A stretch of 46,643 nucleotides of DNA, counting the filler, from Jimgerdemannia flammicorona (taxonomy: Eukaryota): NCBI GenBank assembly GCA_003990765.1. It is 2 parts of 2 records of this genome, joined end to end, with 100 filler letters (N's around TTAATTAATTAA, not from the genome) between each part and the next. Parts side by side here need not be neighbours in the genome. Positions count along the whole stretch, not along the records: positions 23,376 to 46,643 come from RBNJ01001127.1; 1 more part is not named here. One strand, given 5' to 3'. Of this stretch, positions 37,703-46,643 are shown in pieces (position 1 is the first letter of the stretch; every line of letters begins with the position of its first letter). The notes under the pieces are model-generated. The model had not been told where the DNA came from and ran no database searches. It was given only the letters and a program-made list of their open reading frames with translations. Both the position numbers and the translations under genes were made by a program.

Positions 37703-40340
37703 AGCAATAACTAGTAGAACTCCTCAACAAATATTAAGCTATCTTCACCACCAATTATGGCAACCTACCATACAACCCATTATATCACTACAGTATAAAT
37801 ACAGGAAATGCAACACCCATTAGGTAGAAACCCTATAGAATACTCCATTACTTAAAAATATTAAAATATTCAAAAAGGAGCACATTCAAGAACTCTTAGA
37901 CAATGGAGTCATCTGATCCTCTATCAGCCCCTGGGCCAGTCTTATACTTATTGTACCAAAGAAAGGAGGATGGAGACTCTGCATAGACTACAGAAAACTC
38001 AATTCAGTTATCAAAAAGAATATCTATTCTTTGCCCAGAATTGATGACCTTTTGAATCAGTTATAAGATATCAGATACTTCAGCAGTATAGACCTTTTTG
38101 CAGGATTCCATGAGATCCCCATGGACCCCAAAGACATTCAAAAGACAGCCTTCCTTGCTTTAGGAAAACTATTCAAATACCTCTGGATGCCCTTTGGACT
38201 TTACAATGTATCTCCCACCTTTCAGAGGATGATAAATTCAGTCTATGCTCTCTTAATCCACCACTGTCTAATTGTATATATGAATGATTCCAACATCTAT
38301 TCAGCAAACTTTGAAGAACACCTGCACTACCTAGAAGAATTCTTCAAGCTCACCTACAAGAATCACCTAAGACTCAATACAAAGAAATACTACTTTGGGA
38401 AACAGAAACTTGAATTCCTTGAATTCATAGTTTTGAAAGAAGAAACTCATACAGATTCAAAGAAATCCAAGAAGATCAACAATTGGCCAGTATTCAAGAC
38501 CCCAAAGGAAACACTATCATTTCTGATACTAGTATCCTACTATAGAAGATTTATCAAAAACTTCACCCAAATTGCTACACCAATCAGAATCCTTCTCAAG
38601 AAAGGAGTGCCATTCAAATGAACAGAATTATAAGAAAGAGCCTTCAAAGAACTCAAGAACCACATGACTATAGCACTGATCCTTATGCACCCCAATCTAT
38701 AGAAGCCATTCATCTTATATACAGATGCTTCCAAAGATGACTTAGGAGTAGTTCTAACTCAAGAAGGACCTGACCAACAACACCATATGATAGCTTATGT
38801 AAGTCAAGCTACCAATCAGCAGCAGATGAACTATAGTAGCACTAAACTGGAATATCTTGCAGTCATATAGGCAGTTACCTTGTTCAAGCATTACCTCATT
38901 GGAAAAAGGTTCACTCTGATCACAGACCATAGAGCCCTCAAATGACTATTCAACTACAAGAAACTCATTAGAATCTTAGCCCACTAGATCCTTATCCTTC
39001 AGGATTACAAAATTACCATTATCTACAAAGCAGGAAAAGCTCACAATAATGTTGATGTACTTTTCTGCCAGTCCTAATGAACCAGAAGAAGGGTGTCCTG
39101 AGAAACTATACCCTAAAGGAAGCTCCTCAGACTATCAAGGCACAAGATCTCATTTGAAAGAAACATCAAAAAGCCCACCAAGGACAAGTAAACATAGAAT
39201 AAAAGTTGTGAACAGTATATCAGCATTGGCCCAATCTCAGAACATAAGTCTAGGATATACTCAAGAAATGTGATATCTGTCAGAAGTATTAAGGAAGGAA
39301 GAATTATCAAGCACCACTGCAACTAATTGTACCACCAGACAACATCTTTCAGAGATGGAGAGTAGATGTAATTAGACCCCTACCAGTTATACCAAGAAGA
39401 AACAAATACATCCTTGTATTTGTAGAACATCTGACCAAGTGGCCCAAGACTATCCCAATGGAGATTACAGATGCCTTAATCATTGTAGGCCTTCTCCATA
39501 GACTCACACTTAGATATGGACCCCCAGAAGAACTCATCCCTGACTGAGGCACAGAATTCATCAACAACATAATTATAAGTTATGCCTGAATTCACAAGAT
39601 TCACCTCAAATGAACCACATCATACTACTCCCAGACCAATGGCATGACAGAAAGAATACACCAGACCTTCAAGAAAGAACTTGCCTGAGTCAATCCTACC
39701 AACTGGGACCTCTGCTTATTTGAGATCCTATGGGAAATTTGGAACACCCCTGCTACCTCCATCAAGCAAAAGCCATTCGAAATAATATTTGTCAAGAAAA
39801 CCAGAACTGCTGACTATGAGAATCTTGGAGATCTCCTCAAGAAGGCAGAACAGTTACATAATCAGGCCTGAGTTCAGATTACCAAAGCCCAAGAAAGACA
39901 AAAGAAGTACTATGACCAGAAACAGAAATATCAGAAGATCAAGATTGGAGATCAAGTATTAGTTTGGAGAAACATGATTGAAACAAACTTTGCTACCAAA
40001 TTGGAGCCCATATAGGAAGGACCTTATCTTGTACACAATATCAGAGGAACTAGCATATATTTAAGTAGCATGGATGGATAAACCCGCAGGACACCAGTAC
40101 ATATCAATCACCTCAAGATATACCTTTCCTAATATCATGAATCAAAGAGTTGATAACTGCCTTCAGACTCTTGTCCTCAGCTCCTTTTAATCACTGCTAG
40201 TTCCCCTACCTCAATTCCAAGAAGTCAATGGGAGTACTCTCTAGAAAATTCAGATTTATCAAGAGAATCTTGTTCTAGCCAGATGATTGTTACAGATTCA
40301 TCAACTTCAGACCCACTATGCGATTTGAGAATTGCAGAAC

Positions 40341-40798
40341 TAGTGCTCCCAAATGAATCAAATCAATTCAAATTGAATTGAATTGAGAGTCATTTGAATT
40401 GAATTGAATTGGGGATTTTTCAATTCGAATTGAGTTCGAATTGAATTGAATTCAAATCGAATTGAGTGTCTGATTTGAAACCTATTTTTAGAAATGTAAT
40501 AACTCGACGAATATATGTCCAATTTCAATGATCATTGGCTTGTTAGATTCCCCTATATAATAGGAATCTAACAAGCTAAAGATTATTGAATTTGGATGTG
40601 TATTCATTGAGTTATTTAATTTCTAAAAATAGAGGTTGAATTGGACCTCAAATCGAATTGGACCTCAATTTGAATTGGACCTCAATTTGAATTGATTCGA
40701 ATCGAATTGGGCCTCAATTCAATTCGAAGTTTTGGAAGTTTTCAAATCGAATTGAATTTGGGTCCAATTCAATTCAATTCAATTCATTGGGAGCACTA
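40341..40798. mobile_element. hAT-type MITE, 458 bp, fold-back structure
   Basis: Terminal inverted repeats TAGTGCTCCCAA...TTGGGAGCACTA. 8-bp TSD TGCAGAAC at 40333-40340 and 40799-40806. Subterminal GAATT/AATTC arrays. Confidence 0.92.
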
Positions 40799-41155
40799 TG
40801 CAGAACCTCTCAGCCCCAGAACAAACATATATCTGAAGCACCACAAGACTATCAAGAAGAGATACCACTGCTATAGACAGACTCTATACTCTTTACAAAT
40901 GTATCCCTGCAGTCTTGCTATAAGTACAATTTTTCTGGTAAGATATATGAAGGATGAACCTAGCCACCTACCTGAGCATTATTAATGCTGTCAAAATCTT
41001 GTTCCCAGAGAAAGAAGAAGAATACTTGGAATGGAGCAACCATGGTACAGATGATGAAGATGATGGAATGGATATTGATGTAGAAGATGCTTATCCCCAC
41101 TGGAATTATGACTAAAGAACAGTCTGAGGACAGACCATTCTTTAGTGGGGGCTGA

Positions 41156-42631
41156 TATGACAAACCCAAAAACATACCATCTGAATTATACCTTAGCCAG
41201 ATGATGTAGTATAGTAATCAGACACAGTAACCATTGCTGTGGAAAACTGTATAAATAGCCAGACTATCAGATAAGATATACCTGTACAAGACCTGCATAC
41301 TTGCCATAGATAGTAACTACAATTAGCAACATAGTAACCAGATAGCAACCACAACTATATAGAATATTCTAAAGACAAGAGTAAATAAACCTCAGTCTGA
41401 AATTGAATCCAAAGCAAAAGACAAGTCTGCCTACTACAATTCAAGGGATATGCCTGCCAAAAGCCACTTGATCCTAAAGGAATTGGATTGCAATACTTAG
41501 GAGAAATGTCTGCTCTAAAGCTACTACTAGGAGATTGTGAGCTTTGCCATTTCCACTCTGGTCCACTTTCCAATACAAAGAAGAGTCTGAAATACAAACA
41601 CCAAAGAAGCTTCTAAAGATTGAGCATTGGTCCTCTTTCCACTCTAGTCTACTTTCTGATACAAAGCTGAAAATTTACCACCAAGTTCAAGGAAGAACTT
41701 TACTGCCTTTTGAAGAGAAACCCACTTCTTAAGGAATAAGCCATACTATTGGTTTGCTTGCCAGATAAGTCTGAAGAATCTGAGTTCACTGACAAGTTCA
41801 AGTAAAGGACTTTGCTACTGTTTCCAAGTTATCTGCATTCTCAGAAAGCCTAAGAGAAAGCCACCTTGCTTAAGCCAGTTTCTGATATAACTTTACAGTA
41901 ATCCATCATGCAAACAAAACCAGTTTTTATTGCAACTTTGCCAAGAGACCCTCTCCCAGTTAAAGCCACCAATTCAGAAAGAATCCACATTATCTGTCAT
42001 TTTCAAGTTATCTACTGTATTCCCAGAAGAACTCTGCCAATTTAAAAAAAATCTGTATCATCTGAGTTATCTGAGTTATTGAATTATCCACCTTCTGCAT
42101 CATCCAAGTTATCCAAGTTATCTGAGTTATTGAATTATCTGCCTTCTGTGACATCTAAGTTATCTAAGTTATTTGAGTTATCTGAGTTATCCACCACCAA
42201 GTTGTTCATCTGTTCTCAGTGAGCCCGATTCAGAGAACCCACCACCAGTGTGATTCTCAGTAAGCCACTGTTTTAGGAAACCACTGTGCTATATAGAGAT
42301 TGCCCATTACTTAAGAAGGAACACCATCAAATTGCCAGACCATCATGTATAAGGAACCCATACTATACAAGATCATTATGCTGAGATTATTGTACTATAT
42401 ACAAAATTCTACCAATTCCCAGATTGACTCAAGAAGGAAAGACATACAAATTGCTGTTATACCTAGAGAACCATTCCAATAAGGAAATCACTCACAGATA
42501 TCCAGTTTTGACTATTACACTACTAAATACCAAGAACATTTTGTTACTTTTAACAAGTAACTGTGGGCTCAAGCCAAACTACATCAACCCTCAACCTTGT
42601 AATTTGCCTCTATTGAGCCAGGCACATTACA
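41156..42631 (+). repeat. 3' LTR of gypsy B (about 1.48 kb)
   Basis: Follows TTCTTTAGTGGGGGCTGA (polypurine-tract-like). Termini TATGAC...ATTACA look like decayed TGTGAC...GTCACA. Ends at the TSD. Confidence 0.85.
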
Positions 42632-45600
42632 GTAGCCAAGTGGCTTAACTCTTCTGACTACCACTATATTAGGACCAAAACTGCTCTATGCTATTATTTC
42701 CAGAATTGTAAGATTTACTATATTCTTAAAAAAGAAGCCAGAGAAACTCTTTATAAACAATTAGACTCTGAGTCAGAAGCAGGCCTAGCTATAATCTTGT
42801 CTGAACCTGAAGTAGAACCAGAACTAGCTTTTGATTTAAGTCTATCTGAAATCTGGTATATAACAGATACCATTTACTTTGATACTGAATAAACCTAACT
42901 ATATAAAGATCTAAACAAAGAAGAGAAGAAGTATCTCACTAAATTTGATCTCAGATATACTGCGGAAGAAGATATATATACTAACTTCAGAATAAAACAT
43001 ATCTACAAAACAACAGATAGTTATCTATTATGCCCTTCCATCAAATCTATAACAGTTACTCTAGCAACTCATATAGCCTTAAACAATATCATCACACTCT
43101 ACACCAGTATCCCAAGTTATACCAGTAATCCTATTAACAGTAGTTCAACTATCTTTAGTAAATAATATTAAAAACCATCAAATTTTAGAACTCATAGCCC
43201 AGATAGCTATAATGGTAACAACTATTACTACCCTAACTGAACAGATCTTATCAATAAAGAATCTGAGTCTACCTTCTTTAATAGTACTGTACAAGAGATC
43301 CAAAGCTTCATTAGTATAGTAGATATCAACTTTGAAATCAATCAATAGATAAATGAGTATATTACTGATCACTTCTTAACAAATAACCAAGACCACACTA
43401 TTGAACAACTCTTTGCTAATACTATATCTTGTATATTAAGTTATTATATTCTTCAAAAGATCTGTCAAAGAATAGTGACAAATTATTTCAGAAAAACCCT
43501 TTATATAGGATACTTGATCTGTAGTTATTATTCAAAATACAGCAAAAAATACTCCTAAATAAACTCTGATTACTGAATCTTGAGTCAAAATCCACAATCT
43601 CAAATTTGATATATATAGAAAGGAGGAATTTGAAACCTGCTATATAAAACTCAAGTTACTTCTGAATATGGTTGACCTAGAATATATTTCTAATGATGAA
43701 GTATAAAATAGTATAAGAGCAGACAATTTATTCAATATGCTACCTAAATGGCTCATAAGAAAGATTCATGAATAAGAATGCTCAATTGGTTATGATTACC
43801 AATAATAGTACCTGGTTATAATCAAGACTTTGGTCAAGTAAATTCTAACAGCTGGACCAATTCTGCCTGAAAAATAATTCAATAATAAGGAAAAATCTTG
43901 GATCAAAAAAGAAGTATCTAAGTATGAAGTTGTCTGAGCTCCCTCTATATCTACCTCTTAGATATCTCAGAATTCTGAATCCATCCAGCCAAGTATTTTT
44001 AAGAAACTCACTGAAGGAGAAAGAAATGAACTCTAAAGAAGCAGAGTATACTTCTATTGCCAAAAGACAGGACATATGGCCAGTGTCTGCTCTAACTAAA
44101 AAACCCATACTACAATATGAGCTACTGTTACTACTCTGTATTATCTCAACAATCTGACTACCAAGATACTAGTCTTTATCAAATTAAGGACAACAACTAT
44201 GGCCCCAACTAAAGGAAGCCAAAAAGCAGTAGATATGACCTATATATAGCCAAAGAAGCTACTATTTCTAACTGAGAAGGCAAGTAAGTCTTCACAGAAA
44301 TCAGTATTTAAATTTCTAAAGAATATATGAGAAAGATATACTATTACAGCAGCCTAGTATTAAAAGAACTCTCAGTAAAAAGAAGAGTCATTGACAAAGA
44401 TTACATAGGTGAAATCATTATTCTCATTAAAAACCATAGTTGAACATCATTCAAAATCTCTATTAGTTATTATATTGTCCAGATCCTATTTGAGAAAATT
44501 GAATCAACTCTGACATTCAAGAAAGTTCCCAAACTACTATCTATCATTTGAGTATCTAAAGGATTTCACTCATCAAACAAGGCCCCAGCTTAGCCTACTG
44601 TACATAAAGAGGAACAATTTTACAGAAAAATCAAAGATAGATTTGTACCAAGTAGCTGATATCTCTACAGTATTAAAATATACTCCTTCTGATTGATTGA
44701 TGATTGCTTCGCTTATATTAATTAGTTAGTCTAATGAAGAGTCAACAGAAAGAAACCTCCCATAACCAAAATTATCACTATTGGATTAGACAAACTGCTA
44801 ACCCTTCAATCTTTTATTAATTAGGTCCTATCAAAATTATGATAGATAGTAGTATCTCAGACAATTTTATTAATGAAGAAACAGTCAATAAACTTAAAGT
44901 TCTGATCTCTCCAGTACAACAAACCCAAGTAGTTATCATAGCTGATGGAATCTCACATGTCATTAGCAAGAAAGTTCACAATCTATTCTTTAGAATTAGT
45001 AACTACTAAGTATATATTACTCTCCAAATAGTACCACTCCCTGATAATGAGATAGTCCTTAGAACTCTATGGTTAAAACAAAAGAGCTCTATAATTGATC
45101 AGATTAAATATTTCTGATCATTAAGAAAGAACAATATAATTTCAAACTGTAAAAAGAAAAGGACCAACTCAGCTCTAGTGATCTAGGCCCAAAGATCACC
45201 TATATTAATAAACTATAACTCAAGAAATTAGCAAAGAAGTGGCCTCTCTTTGCTATCTCTAAAAGGTCATCCAAAGGGAAACCTGAGAACCTCAAAGAAG
45301 ACTTTTCTAAAGTTGACAGTCATATTAGGTCCTTACTCTAGAAATTTTGAGATATATTTCTAAGGAAACTTCCAAAAGGTCTACTATCTAAACAAGCAGT
45401 TGAGTATGCAATCAAAATCATCTCAAATGACAAGCTAGTCTTCAAGTCAATCTACCACATATTTTTTAGAGAAATTAATATACTTAAAAAAAAAATCAAT
45501 AAACTACTAGAATAAGAATTTATTAGATCTAATATATAACCATATAGTATACCAGTTCTCTTTATTATTAAGAAGAAGAAGATCTATAATGTATATTGAT

Positions 45601-46249
45601 TACCAAGACTTCAATGAATAGACTATCAAGAATTATTATCTAATACTCTAAATTAATAAAATATTCAATAGGCTTACCAATCTACAATTTATAAGCTCTT
45701 TTGATCTATAAAATAGCTATTGACAAATTACTATGAAAGAAGAAGATATCTACAAAACTTCCTTCTATACTTGCTATGGACATTTTGAGTTCCTGGTTAT
45801 ACCCTTTGACTTAGCTAATGCTCTTACAACCTTCCAGACTCTGATAAATACTATTCTATACTCATATCTAGATAAATTTGTTATTGTCTACATTGATAAC
45901 ATCCTGGTCTTCAGCAAACCTCTGTAGAAATATCTTGAATATCTTGAACTTATACTATTGAAGCTTTAAGAAAACCAATTTTCCAAAACTTAGTATCTCT
46001 GCAATCAGAGAATAGCCCAGACTCAAGAAGCTAAAAGACCTCTAGTCTTTTCTAGAATTAGTAAACTATTATAGGTGATTTCTCACAAATTTTGCCAAGA
46101 TTGCTACTGCTCTTATCCAACTGACTAAGTATAGTGAAAAGAAAGAACAACCTTAGATAACAAAATAAGAAAAATACTTCAACAACCTTATCAAATGGGG
46201 ACCTGAACAAGATACAGGCTTCTAAGTCTTAAAAGATGCTCTGATAATC

Positions 46250-46643
46250 ACTCTAGTACTTTGGGGGGGGTGGGTGATAGTTGGCTCACTGTTGGGTGGG
46301 TGTTAGCAGTTTGGGTGGGTCTGGCAGGACATTGGCTATTTGTGTTTGAGGAGGGGTAGCAGATGAGCCTACAGGAGAAGGTTGTAAGGTGGGAGGAGCT
46401 GTTGAGGGATCTGTTGACTGGATGGTGGATAGGTTGGGGTCCTTCATGGGGGCGGCAGCATGATTTAGTGGCAAGGATATATGAACAGAGTAGTGGGAGG
46501 GTGGGAATTATATTCAATAGAGTGGTGTTTCATCAAGAAGGGATAGGGGGGAGGGGTCCCCCTAGGGGGATTGGATAGGGGGTGGGTTCATTGTATTTAT
46601 AAAGGATAGATGGGTGTAATAAAGGATGAGTCTGAGTGACAAT
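46250..46643 (+). mobile_element. 5'-truncated 3' end of the L1/Tx1-like LINE inserted in gypsy A copy 2 pol
   Basis: Reverse-complement similarity to 23376-23680. Encodes the ORF2 tail ...RVVFHQEGIGGRGPP, then a GT-rich UTR with AATAAA near 46618. Confidence 0.8.

Larger units (their letters stand above)
31833..42631 (+). mobile_element. Ty3/gypsy family B, two-LTR element (gag-protease-dUTPase-RT-RNaseH-integrase) nested in gypsy A copy 2; 4-bp TSD GTAG
   Basis: GTAG at 31829-31832 and 42632-42635; the empty site CTCT-GTAG-CCAAGTGG is seen in copy 1 near 16670. Zinc knuckle CFYCEQFGHYATEC (33493-33534). [16 protein letters not shown], RNaseH LYTDAS/TDH, integrase VDVIRPLP..QTNGMTER and a GPY motif. 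Purine tract before 41156. Confidence 0.92.
30083..46249 (+). mobile_element. Ty3/gypsy family A, copy 2 (LTR 30083-31403; body 31404-31832 and 42632-46249), strongly hypermutated and split by family B
   Basis: TGTAAG...CTTATA termini and a decayed PBS (TAATAGTAG). Nucleotide-collinear with 14922-19947. RT remnants GHFEFLVIPFDL and IVYIDNILVFS. Confidence 0.88.

Overview
Eukaryotic, most likely fungal, DNA: it has short GT-AG introns and a Zn(II)2Cys6 gene. An early-diverging Mucoromycota-like lineage is my inference only. An artificial 100-bp linker (N44-TTAATTAATTAA-N44, 23276-23375) joins what are probably two unrelated contigs. The CpG-rich gene island (1-8.7 kb) holds an intronless BTB/POZ-SPRY gene and a head-to-head pair of AIG1/GIMAP-like GTPase paralogs, one intact (599 aa, 2 exons) and one a pseudogene cut off by transposons. 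The most striking feature is the GTPase C-terminus. About 13 evenly spaced His are followed by a hydrophobic loop and then 13 three-Cys units, which suggests a nested (Russian-doll) ladder of BTK/CHORD-like zinc sites forming a long stalk. The rest of the window is a CpG-depleted, C>T/G>A hypermutated transposon nest. It contains L1/Tx1-like LINEs, two Ty3/gypsy families that each carry a dUTPase (in different positions) and a decayed accessory ORF, a decayed MULE transposase, a poly(A)-tailed retroposon with a 9-bp minisatellite, and a fold-back hAT MITE. The gypsy B, retroposon and MITE insertions have readable target-site duplications (TSDs).
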